DNA from: a virus
Direction: 5' to 3' (one strand)
DNA: 64,000 nucleotides
Virus record (IMG/VR): IMGVR_UViG_3300037475_000032
Span: 64,001-128,000 of that record
Below the pieces are notes generated by a model that was not told the DNA's origin, made no database searches, and worked only from the letters and a program-made list of their open reading frames with translations. Shown here piece by piece: positions 1 to 10,445 of the stretch. The first letter of the stretch is position 1. Each line of letters starts with the position of its first letter. A program made the translations under genes and the position numbers.

Positions 1-1049
1 AACACCTCGATCTCTCGGGCGGCTCGCTCCCACGCTTCGGTCTCCAGATCCGTTCCCTTGTAGATGCGGTCGATTCCCTCCTCCACAAGGCGGATAAACA
101 GTTCCGTAGCATCCTCATCGTCATTGTCTGTCCATGGACAGTCCTTGGGAATGAACGTAGGCATGTGCGGACGGTCAACTGTGGGGAGATGGGCGTCGGC
201 CTGCATCCCGATCTCCCAGGTGTTGGCAATCGCCTCATCCACCACGCTTTCAGGCAGATAGCTCAGGGCCTCGCGTACGGTGTCCTCGTCCTTGATGCAA
301 ACGGCTCCAGGAGGGTGATACTGCTTGCGTTCGTCTACCGGCGTGTAGATCGACTGCTTCGTCTGCCCCGCAAGGTACATGTCATGGTATTCGTACTGCC
401 ATGGGAAGGCGTAGTGTCCATCGTCGCCGTAGGTGATCCTGACTCCACGCTCTTGCGCAGCGTTCACTAGCAGTTCGTTGACCATCTGTGGCGTAATGGT
501 CGCGCCCTCGTTATCCCTATCCGACCATTGAGCATCCCCTGGATAGGTCGTGATCTCGACAGTGAAGTTGTCCCCCAGGTTGTCCAAGTACCAGTTCAGG
601 GGTCCTGTGTCGCCTTTCAGGAGTCCTTGAGGGACGAGACCTAGAGGACATGCGGAGGTGAACAGAATCCCCTCCTTGTACTTGATGATGTCCTCGTTCG
701 AGCATCGGCCTACCTGGTGGAACTTGGCTCGATCCGCCGTGGAGTTGACCAAGCGCCAGAGGTTACGCAGACCTTCGTCCGTCATCGCTAGAGCAATGAG
801 GTGGTGCTGATCGCGTTCCTTGGCCTTGAAGGTCTTGCCGATTTCAACGCCGTGATATAGCTCGGCCCCGAAGACGGGGTTAAGGTCACGCTTTCGCATG
901 GCCGTGTCAAAGTCGATGTGACCACTAACTACTCCGTGGTCGGTTAGGCCGCAGAACGGGCAACCAATCTCCAACATTCGGTCGCCAATCTCATCGACGG
1001 TGGACCATCCGTCGAGAGATGAGAACTCACTGTGTACGTGTAGGCTCAT
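1..1049 (-). CDS. dnaE: DNA polymerase III alpha subunit (N-terminal PHP domain; runs off the window)
   Basis: Absent from the ORF track. Manual translation from ATG 1049: MSLHVHSEFSSLDG..GLTDHG..GAELY..HLIALA..GLRNL..TSACPLG..DGHY, the DnaE PHP motifs. Confidence 0.93.
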   Translation of the reverse strand, partial: MSLHVHSEFSSLDGWSTVDEIGDRMLEIGCPFCGLTDHGVVSGHIDFDTAMRKRDLNPVFGAELYHGVEIGKTFKAKERDQHHLIALAMTDEGLRNLWRLVNSTADRAKFHQVGRCSNEDIIKYKEGILFTSACPLGLVPQGLLKGDTGPLNWYLDNLGDNFTVEITTYPGDAQWSDRDNEGATITPQMVNELLVNAAQERGVRITYGDDGHYAFPWQYEYHDMYLAGQTKQSIYTPVDERKQYHPPGAVCIKDEDTVREALSYLPESVVDEAIANTWEIGMQADAHLPTVDRPHMPTFIPKDCPWTDNDDEDATELFIRLVEEGIDRIYKGTDLETEAWERAAREIEV

Positions 1050-1122
1050 GTATGTCCTTGGAATTCTCAGTGGTCACAGCCCTGCCACCTTCGTCCCGCG
1101 TTATCTATTTGAGCTTCGGCTG

Positions 1123-1449
1123 TTAGTGATCGACCATCTTGATGCCGTAGTTTTGTCCCCTCTTGATGAACGTCCATCTCTCGGACACTACGCCATGGTT
1201 GATGGAACCACGCTGAATCAAATCTAGCAGGTCAGTCGAGAACATCGTGAACTCGTGACCCTCCTCATCCTTGAGGGTAAAGTACTTGGCGGATCGGCCG
1301 GATGTCAACCCATCGAAGGTAAGGGTCGCGGTGAAGGCGTAGTTGTCCCTCCACTCATCAGCGCCCCAGTAGGTATCTTCGCGTCCTACCCAATGAAGCT
1401 GACTACCTTGGCGGAAGGGAATCTTGTATTCACCGCTACTCTTTGGCAT
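1123..1449 (-). CDS. hypothetical phage protein
   Basis: MPKSSGEYK...FIKRGQNYGIK, overlaps the MTase stop. Confidence 0.7.
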   Translation of the reverse strand: MPKSSGEYKIPFRQGSQLHWVGREDTYWGADEWRDNYAFTATLTFDGLTSGRSAKYFTLKDEEGHEFTMFSTDLLDLIQRGSINHGVVSERWTFIKRGQNYGIKMVDH

Positions 1450-2653
1450 CCTCGGCCTCCTGCATACGTCTTTCTGAGATGTTGATGTAGTGATCGTCCA
1501 TCTCACATCCCACGAAGTTGTAGCCCTCCATGATAGCGGCTACTCCCGTCGTACCCGATCCCATGAAGAGATCTAGCACGATCCCATCGGGAGGAGTCAC
1601 AAGTCTCACCAACCACTGCATCAGACGGATGGGCTTGACGGTTGGATGGTCGTTATCGGCTCCCTTTTCCTTCTTCGTTGCCTTCGCGCAGAAGAAGAAC
1701 CTACTTGCCCCCCCGCTATCGGCATATGTGGAGTTGCCCTTGAATCCTCCGCCCCCGAACGATCCCCCTCCATACTGGAGACCTTGCTCCGCGTACTTCT
1801 CTCCGTAGTTGGTCTTCCAACCATTCCCTACATCACCACTCTGGAGATCCATGAGAGCTATCGGGCAACCTGCCGTACACTCATCCTCACAGTCCTCGTT
1901 ATGAGTAAGAGCCACGTTCGCGGGCCAACGCCCGGTCACCTCGGTTGTCTCGTAATCAGGACGCACTATCTGACCAAATCCCGACCACTGCTCTAGTCGG
2001 TTGATTCGGATGGTCTCGTTACCGATTCTACACTCATCGATGTTGATAGCTCCCGTGCCATGCGCTACGACATTGGCCGCCACTGTCCCCATGAGGGGCT
2101 TACGAGCCACTACGATGGGCTCCCAGCTAGGCTTCAAGGCCGTTCCCCAGCCATTCCACTTCTTAGCATCCTCTGTCTGGGGCTCGTAGGGACCAACTCG
2201 ATTGCCAGTTAGCTTCTCGCCGCCTTGCTTGTATTTCCCGTTCGGAAGGTGAGTGGATGCCGTAGGGATGGCTCGTCCACGATTGGGTCCTCCCTCCTTC
2301 TTGTCGATGGCAAGGGCGACGTTCTTGGACTTGGGGAATCCCTGTCCATGGACCCACATGAGGCAATCGCGGATCTCGAACCCTGCATCCTCGATGCCTG
2401 AGATAAGACGATGAAAGGTACGGGTGCCTCCGAAGGCCAGCATATGACCTCCGGGCTTGAGCACACGCAGGGCTTCTTTGCCCCACTCAGTACACCACTC
2501 CTGAAATGTCAATCCGTCACCATGGGAGTCCCAGGCGTGGCTCATGAATTCGATTGCGTAGGGCGGGTCACAGACGATGGAGTCAATGGAGCTATCCTCC
2601 ATCTCCTTCATCGAGTCTATGCAGTCGCCTTGGAATACGACCCACTCACCCAT
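1436..2653 (-). CDS. N4C/N6A DNA methyltransferase (beta class)
   Basis: DPPY, HPTVKP, LDLFMGSGTTG. Confidence 0.95.
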   Translation of the reverse strand: MGEWVVFQGDCIDSMKEMEDSSIDSIVCDPPYAIEFMSHAWDSHGDGLTFQEWCTEWGKEALRVLKPGGHMLAFGGTRTFHRLISGIEDAGFEIRDCLMWVHGQGFPKSKNVALAIDKKEGGPNRGRAIPTASTHLPNGKYKQGGEKLTGNRVGPYEPQTEDAKKWNGWGTALKPSWEPIVVARKPLMGTVAANVVAHGTGAINIDECRIGNETIRINRLEQWSGFGQIVRPDYETTEVTGRWPANVALTHNEDCEDECTAGCPIALMDLQSGDVGNGWKTNYGEKYAEQGLQYGGGSFGGGGFKGNSTYADSGGASRFFFCAKATKKEKGADNDHPTVKPIRLMQWLVRLVTPPDGIVLDLFMGSGTTGVAAIMEGYNFVGCEMDDHYINISERRMQEAEDAKE

Positions 2654-3104
2654 ACAGTGTTCGCCTCGCCTCTCCAGCTAGTTGATCCGCTAGGTCGTTG
2701 TAGTGGCTATCCAGGTGACCCTTCACCCAGACCCACTCCACATACTCGTGCAGATCTGCGGCCTCCTGTAGGTCATCCCACAGGTCCAGATTCTTCTTGC
2801 GAGCATACGCGCCCGTGAACCCTCTACCGACAATCTCGCTGTCACAGTAAACGAGGACTTGGCATGGACCAAGGGCCTCCGCAAGGGAGATTAGTCCCTC
2901 GATCCATGCCTGCATCTCCATTCGATTGTTCGTGGTTTCAGCGACGGCTCCACTGCCCGTCTCCTGACCTCCATAACAATCGATGGCTACCCACGCCCAA
3001 CCTCCGGTCTCATCCTTGTAGTAGGATGATCCATCAGTGAACAGGGCAATCCCTTTGTCAGCGTTGAGGTTCACGGCTAGTTGGGCGGCCCGAAGACCGC
3101 CCAA
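2646..3104 (-). CDS. rnhA: ribonuclease HI
   Basis: FTDGS, TTNNRME, YCDS, WVKGH, NDLADQLA. Confidence 0.93.
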   Translation of the reverse strand: MGGLRAAQLAVNLNADKGIALFTDGSSYYKDETGGWAWVAIDCYGGQETGSGAVAETTNNRMEMQAWIEGLISLAEALGPCQVLVYCDSEIVGRGFTGAYARKKNLDLWDDLQEAADLHEYVEWVWVKGHLDSHYNDLADQLAGEARRTLYG

Positions 3105-3110
3105 TCGCGC

Positions 3111-4244
3111 CTACTCGGTCTCTGCCGCCTTATCTGCTCGCTGCTTGGCGGCCTTCTCGCGGAGGGCGGCGAGTCTCACCTTTGCAGGGGACTCACTGGT
3201 GACCTCCTCATCCTTCGGCTTTGCTTTCGAGGCTGTTTTCCTCGTGCTTTTCGCACGAGTCTTCGGCTTCTCCTCGGGCTCTGGAGCGTCGTCATCGCCG
3301 CCCTCGGGCTCGGCAGGATCGTCTCCTGCGTCATCGTCAGCGTCCTTGCTGCGACGCTGCGACGGTCGAGCCTTGCGCTCAGTGGTTTTCTTGTCGCCCT
3401 TCTTGTTCTTCTTGCGCTTGTTACCGAACTTGTCCATGGACTCGTCAACGCCCTCGAACAACTCCTCGTAACGCTCCTCGTCCACAAGCTCCGTGATGCG
3501 CTTCTCCAAGAGAAGCGAACCGACGTGCTGTGCGGCCTCCAACGGCTCAAGGTCGGAGATTTCCTCCACTACCTTGTCGATGTCATCGAGGTAGTTGATT
3601 CCCTCAAGGAACTCGATGAAGTTGGAGAGATCGATCTCCTGGTCCACGTACCCGACTACCGTGTACGAGGTGTTCTGGTCCTTGCCGATACGGGTGATCT
3701 TCAAGGCCGTCTCGTGGATCGGTGCCTCGTCAGCGTCGTATGACTTCACAACGTTGAAGAAGTTGTACGGGGACTGTGCCACGATACCCACAACGGGGGT
3801 CGTGACCTCTTCCACCTCTCCGGTGTCCTCGCCGTCGTCATCGAAGACCTTGCGCTCGAACGTCTTGGTAGCGACCTCGAAGCCTCGTGGCCTCTTGCGT
3901 CCACCTACAAGCTCAAGCGTGGGCTCCAGTTCAACTGCGACTGCGAAGTCCGTCACTCGGATTGTGGCATCCCAGACCTTCTCGAACTTGTCGGCCTTCT
4001 CACCGAAGTACGGATCTGTCTTGGCGACGACCGTCTCGGGGAAGCCTCCCTCGGTCGGGATGAAGGGGACGACATCGAACTGCGGGATGTCATCGATTGG
4101 GTTGAGGAACAGGAGGTAACGTGCTTCCTTGTCGTCCTTCCAGAAGATGGACGGAAGGAATGGCTTGAACGATCCTCCCTGGCGGTTCTCGTTGGCGTCG
4201 ATAGCTTCCTGAATCGCATCAGCGCCGCGTCGGATTTCTCCCAT
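3111..4244 (-). CDS. putative single-stranded DNA-binding protein
   Basis: Replication context, KITRIGKDQNTSY motif, charged disordered tail; start chosen from RBS. Confidence 0.5.
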   Translation of the reverse strand: MGEIRRGADAIQEAIDANENRQGGSFKPFLPSIFWKDDKEARYLLFLNPIDDIPQFDVVPFIPTEGGFPETVVAKTDPYFGEKADKFEKVWDATIRVTDFAVAVELEPTLELVGGRKRPRGFEVATKTFERKVFDDDGEDTGEVEEVTTPVVGIVAQSPYNFFNVVKSYDADEAPIHETALKITRIGKDQNTSYTVVGYVDQEIDLSNFIEFLEGINYLDDIDKVVEEISDLEPLEAAQHVGSLLLEKRITELVDEERYEELFEGVDESMDKFGNKRKKNKKGDKKTTERKARPSQRRSKDADDDAGDDPAEPEGGDDDAPEPEEKPKTRAKSTRKTASKAKPKDEEVTSESPAKVRLAALREKAAKQRADKAAETE

Positions 4245-4363
4245 GTTCATTTCCTTGTTCGTTTTGTCGGGGCTATTTCTCGGCCATTCATTGGCCGTTC
4301 CAGCCCATTCACTTGTGAGCATAGCAACCTTCACCCTTTCTTCAAGGGGGTCGGGTTAACTTT

Positions 4364-4516
4364 TTACTCGGGTCGCAAGACCTTGGCACGATCCTCGTCA
4401 CTGAGGCTCTTTGCGCTGGTCTTGCCGATGCGATGCAGGTTGGACTCAATGCGCTGATGCTCCTCAGGTGAAAGCACCTGTGCAGACTCAACGCCCTGTG
4501 TCTTCGTGAATCCCAT
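4364..4516 (-). CDS. small hypothetical protein
   Basis: MGFTKTQGVES...RPE*, 50 aa, fills the operon gap. Confidence 0.55.
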   Translation of the reverse strand: MGFTKTQGVESAQVLSPEEHQRIESNLHRIGKTSAKSLSDEDRAKVLRPE

Positions 4517-4533
4517 CTCTTATTACCTGACGG

Positions 4534-4767
4534 CTAGCAGATGTTTTCTGGCCTCGTGTAGTACGGTGGCCTGACGGTCGGAACCGGGTCCCCAAACGGG
4601 ATTCGTTCGCCTGGTTGAGGGAACGGATGATTCGGGTATGGTGGATGCGGAGGATGGTAGGGGCACACGGGCGGGAACAACGGTGCTCCACAGACCGGAC
4701 AGAACCTCGGCGGATGAAGGCCGTGCCATGGGAAAGAGTGGGTACAATGGTGGGTATGAACTTGCAT
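4534..4767 (-). CDS. Pro-rich small protein with CxxC
   Basis: Coupled to the primase stop. Confidence 0.5.
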   Translation of the reverse strand: MQVHTHHCTHSFPWHGLHPPRFCPVCGAPLFPPVCPYHPPHPPYPNHPFPQPGERIPFGDPVPTVRPPYYTRPENIC

Positions 4768-5861
4768 TACAACACCTCCGGTGTCTCGGCTAGGGCCAAG
4801 TGGCTCCTGATCGCTCGATAGGTCCCTTCGCCCTTGTGGTACTTCTCGTCTACGAAGTCACCAAGGTCTGATCCGGCCTTTCCTGGGACAGGTGGCAAGA
4901 TCTTTACCTCGATGTAGTTCTCCAAGTATTCCGTAGCGGTTTTGACAAAGTTCTCGCCTACGGAGTCGTTGTCGGGTGCCAGAATAACGCCCTGCTGGAG
5001 CCTGCGTAGGAGCCTTAGCTGAGGCTCCTTGATGCCCCCTCCGAAGTACGAGATAGCCGGGATGCCGTAGCGGGCCAGTAGCAGAACCGTGACGACGGAC
5101 TCCACGATCACGACCGGCTCTGAGGCTTCCTCGGCCTTGTCGAAGTTGAAGACTGTATCGGACTTAGGGAAGTCGCTCGTGTTCGTGTACTTGGCAAGCC
5201 ACTTCGGCGTATCGGTGTGGGCGGCATCCCAGTTCATCCAGCGATGCTGCCAGCCAACCAAACGACCTCTCCAGTAGTGTGGGAAGATGGCGGTCGGGCC
5301 GTAGTAGTCCTCGTCCTCCTTGATTGGTTGCCCGTCACGCATCTTGATGGGAGCAGGCTTCATCGCCACATTGGCGAAGCGCAGGTTGTACTCGGCAATG
5401 ATCTCGTCGTTTAGGCCACGGGTGTAGAACCAGTCAATCGGGTCATCGAACTTGTCAAGCACACGCTCGTTGAAGTAGGGCATCTTGGTCGCCCTACGCT
5501 CCGTGTCCTGCAACATCTCCATGAAGTCGTCCACGAACTCGGCATCGGAGCGCATGTCGCCCATGGCGAACTGACGAAGCCACTCAGTAGCCTCGTCCAC
5601 GTTCATGTCGAACTTCTCCATCGTCAGGGAGAGGAAGTTGCCTCCGCCACACACCCAACAGTTGTACACTCGTTCCTCACGATGGATGGCGAACTTGCCG
5701 GTTGTGTCCCCGTGCTTATGCTGTCCCCATAGGTCAGGACACTGACCGACATCGTTGTGGCCCTTGCGTTCCGTGGGCTCGAAGTCGATGGCCGTCTCGA
5801 AGGCGTCAACATCGATCTGATCCTTGAATTCGCTGTAGCGGTGCTTAGCCATCGTCCTCAT
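4767..5861 (-). CDS. DNA primase (Zn finger + TOPRIM)
   Basis: C..H..YNCWVCGGG; KYTN; VIVES; APDNDSVG. Confidence 0.9.
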   Translation of the reverse strand: MRTMAKHRYSEFKDQIDVDAFETAIDFEPTERKGHNDVGQCPDLWGQHKHGDTTGKFAIHREERVYNCWVCGGGNFLSLTMEKFDMNVDEATEWLRQFAMGDMRSDAEFVDDFMEMLQDTERRATKMPYFNERVLDKFDDPIDWFYTRGLNDEIIAEYNLRFANVAMKPAPIKMRDGQPIKEDEDYYGPTAIFPHYWRGRLVGWQHRWMNWDAAHTDTPKWLAKYTNTSDFPKSDTVFNFDKAEEASEPVVIVESVVTVLLLARYGIPAISYFGGGIKEPQLRLLRRLQQGVILAPDNDSVGENFVKTATEYLENYIEVKILPPVPGKAGSDLGDFVDEKYHKGEGTYRAIRSHLALAETPEVL

Positions 5862-6013
5862 CCTCTTCTATGCAGTCGGGATGGAAGAGACGAACCAAAC
5901 CAGTCTCGCCCTTGACCAACCAGAATTCGGAACCCATCGGCTCTCCACACGGGCACGGCGCAGCAAGTTCGGGATTGGCAAGCCAAGGCGGTATGACTGG
6001 GTTGACACCATCA

Positions 6014-7252
6014 TCACTCATCATCTATACGTCCGTTGATATTGAAGCTGCACCCACGGGAGAGATCGACTGCCATCTCCCAGGAGGCGAACATCGAATT
6101 ACGTGAGATGAGTGTACCCAACTCCACGACGCTTGATCGTCTCATGTCCTTGCTCGCCCACATGCCAAGCGCCAGCGTGGCCGTCTCCTCAATGGCGGAT
6201 GACCCCTTGGCCTGCTGAATCACCGGCATCTCGTCACAGAACATGGCGGAGCGGTTGAACTGGTGGGCGATGCAGATAGGTCCGTCGTCAGAGAGATTGC
6301 GGGCACGGTTAAGGACGCCCCAGTACTGGCCGGGATCGTTTAGCTCACCAAGAGCACGTCCATTCTCACCCTCCACGTACTGCAACTGATCGATGAAGAC
6401 GATATCGGCTCCGGCGTCACGAGCTTTGCCAACAAGATGGTCAATGGATCGCTCACCCTCGGGTGGCTTGACGATCTTGTACATACCCATTCCATCTATC
6501 AGTTCCGATGCCTCCTTGATGCGTCCCCACTCGTCATCGGTGATGCGGTTGCGGAGGTAGTGCCACCACGGCACGTTCGCCAAGAGGCAACGCAGGCGCA
6601 TATCAGATTCCTCGGCTGGTAGCTCTAGTGAGTCCAGGTAGGCGCAAGCTCCGTTTTCGACATTCGAGACCAAGCCCTGGAGCATGAACCAGGACTTGTA
6701 TGTCTTGGGCGGGGCCACCATGAAGGTAAGACCTCTCTGTCCAAAGAAGTAGTCATCGACCTCCGGGAAACCGAAGCTGTGGCCCGGTCCTTGGAGCACC
6801 TTCTGGTCATATCGGTGACGGGCGCGCTGGAAGTCCCCGGTGCCGTACATTTCACCATGGCGGCTGAGCAGTGCCGCAAGCTCACGACCCTCCTTGATGA
6901 GCATATTGGGGATCTGAGCCGGGTCCTTCTTGTACTGCTCTCCAATATCCCTCAGAGCCTTGCGTCCCTGACCCTTCATGTAGCGGTCACGCAGGCGGTC
7001 TAGAAGGTCTCCTATGGCTGTCAGAGGCTCTGATAGTTCAAGGTCGAACTCCTCGGCAAGCACGGATGCAGTCGCAGGCTTACCTTCCCTACGGATGTGC
7101 TGATCCTGCCAGTGGAAGATCTCACGAATGTCATCATCGTTGATGAGATCGGGACTGATCCCCTCGCCACGAATCACGACCCACGACTCGGGGTCGGAGA
7201 GATGAGACAGAAGCTCCTCGTCTAGATCAAGTGCGTAAACGTCTTCTGCCAT
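6014..7252 (-). CDS. DnaB-like replicative helicase
   Basis: SLE, VFIDQLQY, AHQFNR, KGSSAIEE; variant Walker A APPKTYKS. Confidence 0.88.
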   Translation of the reverse strand: MAEDVYALDLDEELLSHLSDPESWVVIRGEGISPDLINDDDIREIFHWQDQHIRREGKPATASVLAEEFDLELSEPLTAIGDLLDRLRDRYMKGQGRKALRDIGEQYKKDPAQIPNMLIKEGRELAALLSRHGEMYGTGDFQRARHRYDQKVLQGPGHSFGFPEVDDYFFGQRGLTFMVAPPKTYKSWFMLQGLVSNVENGACAYLDSLELPAEESDMRLRCLLANVPWWHYLRNRITDDEWGRIKEASELIDGMGMYKIVKPPEGERSIDHLVGKARDAGADIVFIDQLQYVEGENGRALGELNDPGQYWGVLNRARNLSDDGPICIAHQFNRSAMFCDEMPVIQQAKGSSAIEETATLALGMWASKDMRRSSVVELGTLISRNSMFASWEMAVDLSRGCSFNINGRIDDE

Positions 7253-7253
7253 G

Positions 7254-7517
7254 TCATCCGTTTATGTCGGGTCCGTCGTACCTTGCGTATTCGTTATCTC
7301 TGACTAGCCTATCAAGCGCCAGTCTCACATCATCGGCGGGGTCCAAGTAGGTTCCGCAACCGTCGCAGCATGGGTCCTCGCCCTCGCAAGGCTCACCCTC
7401 ATTACCTTCGCTGTAAAGTTCCTCGTCTCTGTCCCAGCACGTCACCTCGAAGGGCTTGTTGAAGACTTCACAGGTGATTGAAGGACATGCGTAATCAATG
7501 ATCTGGCTCATCGTCAA
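7254..7517 (-). CDS. hypothetical Cys-rich protein
   Basis: ORF in operon. Confidence 0.55.
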   Translation of the reverse strand: MTMSQIIDYACPSITCEVFNKPFEVTCWDRDEELYSEGNEGEPCEGEDPCCDGCGTYLDPADDVRLALDRLVRDNEYARYDGPDING

Positions 7518-8103
7518 CCTCCTCGGTTAGCCACTCTCTGGTAGCAGGGTCAAGCTCACCATCGACTTCCTCCGCTCCCTCTATCAGAGTGGGAGTGCAA
7601 TCCACTCTCTTGGGCTTCACGGGCCTGAGCCTTAGGTTACCATGCTCGTCAGCGATTAGCTCCGCTGTCTCAGTTCCCTGCTCATCCGCCCACTCGGCGT
7701 CCTCAGGAAGATCGAGCATGGGAACTGCACGAGTGACGATCTCACCTTCGACCGTGACCTCATCCACGACGGTTGCCTCGATGGAATCTGGATGCAGGGT
7801 GATGTCAACGCCGTCCGCATAGACCTTGTAGCCACCGGCAGGCTCCACGCCTTTCATCTTGTACTTGATGAGCAGCCTGCGAGCATCCACGAAGTTTGGA
7901 TCGGGCGAGCGAAGGATGCGCAAGCAGCGCTGATATGCGACTACGAGGTTGAGGGCCTTCTCCAAGTCCTCGACTAGCTGAGCCTGGATCTTCTTCAAGT
8001 TCTCCGACTCCCCGTACTTCTCATAGAGCAGTCGGCGTAGGGCCGCAATCTCGTCCTCTCGGGGCATCGGAACGGTGCTCAGCGGAAACTCGATCTCGCT
8101 CAT
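7495..8103 (-). CDS. hypothetical protein
   Basis: Translationally coupled ORF. Confidence 0.7.
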   Translation of the reverse strand: MSEIEFPLSTVPMPREDEIAALRRLLYEKYGESENLKKIQAQLVEDLEKALNLVVAYQRCLRILRSPDPNFVDARRLLIKYKMKGVEPAGGYKVYADGVDITLHPDSIEATVVDEVTVEGEIVTRAVPMLDLPEDAEWADEQGTETAELIADEHGNLRLRPVKPKRVDCTPTLIEGAEEVDGELDPATREWLTEEVDDEPDH

Positions 8104-8957
8104 GTGATTGGTCTCCTCTGGCCGTTCTCGGCCAACTCGGTATTCAGGTCCCAGATGCCTTCGCGTCGAGCGTCGTTACCCACAATCCCGATATGGGACT
8201 GCTTGGCTGCGAGCAGTGAGTAAGTGCGTTCGTAGTGATCGTCTAGCTCGGAAGGCTCTAGGTTGGAGGTAATGATGGTCACGCGACCGTAGTTGGTCCT
8301 GTAGCGAACCAACTCCTCAAACTTGGAGGCAAAGAGCCCGTGCTGAGCGGACGAGATCGGTTGCACGACCTCATCGAGAACTAGCATGGTGCTGTTCTTC
8401 AAGCGGTCTTCCATGCGCGCACGATCCTCATACGGAGATTCGTACAGCGACATGATGTCTCGGAAGTTGATGTAGAAGACCGACTCCCCACGCTTCACCA
8501 AGTCACGGGCTACGCGCGTGGCAAGGAAGGTCTTGCCGGTTCCCTGTGTCTTCGAGTAGTACCCCAAGCCAAGCCCGTAGACCCTGTTGTCATCCCAGTG
8601 TTCCAGGTACTTGGTCGTGTCGTCCCATGCTTGTGGGTCCCCATAGTAGTCCTCGGGGTCGAGACGCATGTACTCCTCGGGGATATGGGCTAGGAGGTAG
8701 TGACGAAAGAGGTTAACCTGACCCTCGCAGTCACAGACCTCAATGCCGTCGCGTCCCTCAAAGGTGCTCTCGGCCCACTCGTGGATGCCGGGTGCTACTT
8801 CTATCGGCTTCGCCCCACAGGTGGGGCAACGATGACTACTCCCCTGAGGACTCCTCTGGAGCAGTATCTCCACTTCCTCGAACTGCTGATTCGTCAGTCT
8901 CGGAAGTCTCAGCTTGGTCTCTGATCGCTTTGACAACTTCGGTGGCGTACTTGACAT
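8100..8957 (-). CDS. DnaC/IstB-like AAA+ ATPase (helicase loader)
   Basis: Zn ribbon, QGTGKT, LVLDEV, TIITSN. Confidence 0.88.
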   Translation of the reverse strand: MSSTPPKLSKRSETKLRLPRLTNQQFEEVEILLQRSPQGSSHRCPTCGAKPIEVAPGIHEWAESTFEGRDGIEVCDCEGQVNLFRHYLLAHIPEEYMRLDPEDYYGDPQAWDDTTKYLEHWDDNRVYGLGLGYYSKTQGTGKTFLATRVARDLVKRGESVFYINFRDIMSLYESPYEDRARMEDRLKNSTMLVLDEVVQPISSAQHGLFASKFEELVRYRTNYGRVTIITSNLEPSELDDHYERTYSLLAAKQSHIGIVGNDARREGIWDLNTELAENGQRRPIT

Positions 8958-9495
8958 TCTCTCTATCCGTGCCTCTCAGGGGGAGTGCTGACTTGAAGTG
9001 ACCTTCAAGGATCTCAGGGACCTTACGGTCGATCACTGTATCATACGAACGGCCCTTCTCCAGGAGGGTCTTTCCGTCGTATGGAAGGTACAGGAGAATG
9101 TCATAGTCGAAGATGACCGTCTCCAACATTCCGAGCGCTGTCATGGCTGTGCGAGCGCGCACGAACTCGTCTATGTCATCCTGATTTATAGACGCCTCGT
9201 TGGCCTTGATCGCTGCGTAACAGATGGTCTCGTACATCGTGCCACAGGTAATGACGTTGTTACCCTTGGCTTCGGCCGCTTGCTCCAAGGTCCAACGGTG
9301 AAACAAGATCTGGTAGTTCTGCGCGTAGGTAGCGAAGTACCCGTAGGCGTACCCGGTCTGCTTTTCGAGCTTGGGAACGTAGTCATCCACGACCGTAGGA
9401 GGCTTGTCGAAGACGTGCTGGCCTAGTCCGTACGCTAGCTTGCGGGCGAACTTGCTCTTGCCTGCTCCGGGTGCTCCTATTACGCCGATCTTCAT
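8836..9495 (-). CDS. P-loop nucleotide kinase-like protein
   Basis: IGVIGAPGAGKS. Confidence 0.7.
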   Translation of the reverse strand: MKIGVIGAPGAGKSKFARKLAYGLGQHVFDKPPTVVDDYVPKLEKQTGYAYGYFATYAQNYQILFHRWTLEQAAEAKGNNVITCGTMYETICYAAIKANEASINQDDIDEFVRARTAMTALGMLETVIFDYDILLYLPYDGKTLLEKGRSYDTVIDRKVPEILEGHFKSALPLRGTDRENVKYATEVVKAIRDQAETSETDESAVRGSGDTAPEESSGE

Positions 9496-9773
9496 TGGGT
9501 GTTCTCTCTTTCGATCATGCTGATGAGGGTCATGGTAGCGCAGACCAAATCGTATCGTCTCTTACCTATACGACCTCCTCTATAAGCCTTCGACGCGATC
9601 TCGGTCACGTCATCGATCCCCAGCCTCCTATCCCCCGATGGATCTCGGGGGATGGTGACGAACCCTCCACGATCCCACTTACGCAGGGTGACTGGACTCT
9701 TGCCTAGCAGGCGTCCCAGGTCAGTGATCGTGAAGTGAAAACGCCAGTTCTTGGGGTCGGTTGTCGTTCGCAT
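9492..9773 (-). CDS. MerR-like HTH DNA-binding protein
   Basis: FTITDLGRLLGKSPVTLRKWDRGG..R..SGDR. Confidence 0.8.
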   Translation of the reverse strand: MRTTTDPKNWRFHFTITDLGRLLGKSPVTLRKWDRGGFVTIPRDPSGDRRLGIDDVTEIASKAYRGGRIGKRRYDLVCATMTLISMIERENTQ

Positions 9774-10445
9774 CTAGCTGTCATCCTCAAGCTCCTCGGG
9801 CTTGGCGTCACGAGGGGCCTCCAGGCGTAGTGTCACGGGTGCCGGGACGAGGTAAGGCTGCATCTTTGCCATATCGGCATCAGACATTTCCTCAGGATCG
9901 ATGAGTACCCTCGGCCAGTCAGTACCCGACTGCTTGACCTCAACCCATCCCATCATCGTGGGGTAGTCGATGTCCGCAAACTCACAGAACTCTTGCAGTA
10001 GCTCCAAGTCCTTGTACGGGACTGGACGTGAAATCCTCTCCCATAGCTCAGGATCGTCGGCCTTCAACGCATCGTCGTCCAAGGATGGATTGCCCTGGAT
10101 GGCATTGCGTTGGTACACCCTGCCGTCTTCCTTGTTGACGTAGACGAACTTCTTGAGAGACGGGTCCTCTTCAAGCTGAACCTTCTCGTCATCATCGACG
10201 GAGACTACGCGCCAGCCGGGATACCACTTGGCAGCCCAGGTTTCAACGAGATCCCTTTGTCCGCCAAGGGTCCTCGGTATCCCCACACTTCTCTGCGCCA
10301 GAATTCCCTCCTCCAACGCCTTAGTCGCTGCCTCAAAGAACTCACCTCTCGATGTGTCTAGGTCTTTCTTGGCTGTCTTGTTGACCTCATGGTTGATACC
10401 CAGGTCAAGGGTAATCTCAATCAGGCTTCTGTCTTGGTCGCTCAT
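9774..10445 (-). CDS. hypothetical protein
   Basis: 223-aa coupled ORF. Confidence 0.75.
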   Translation of the reverse strand: MSDQDRSLIEITLDLGINHEVNKTAKKDLDTSRGEFFEAATKALEEGILAQRSVGIPRTLGGQRDLVETWAAKWYPGWRVVSVDDDEKVQLEEDPSLKKFVYVNKEDGRVYQRNAIQGNPSLDDDALKADDPELWERISRPVPYKDLELLQEFCEFADIDYPTMMGWVEVKQSGTDWPRVLIDPEEMSDADMAKMQPYLVPAPVTLRLEAPRDAKPEELEDDS

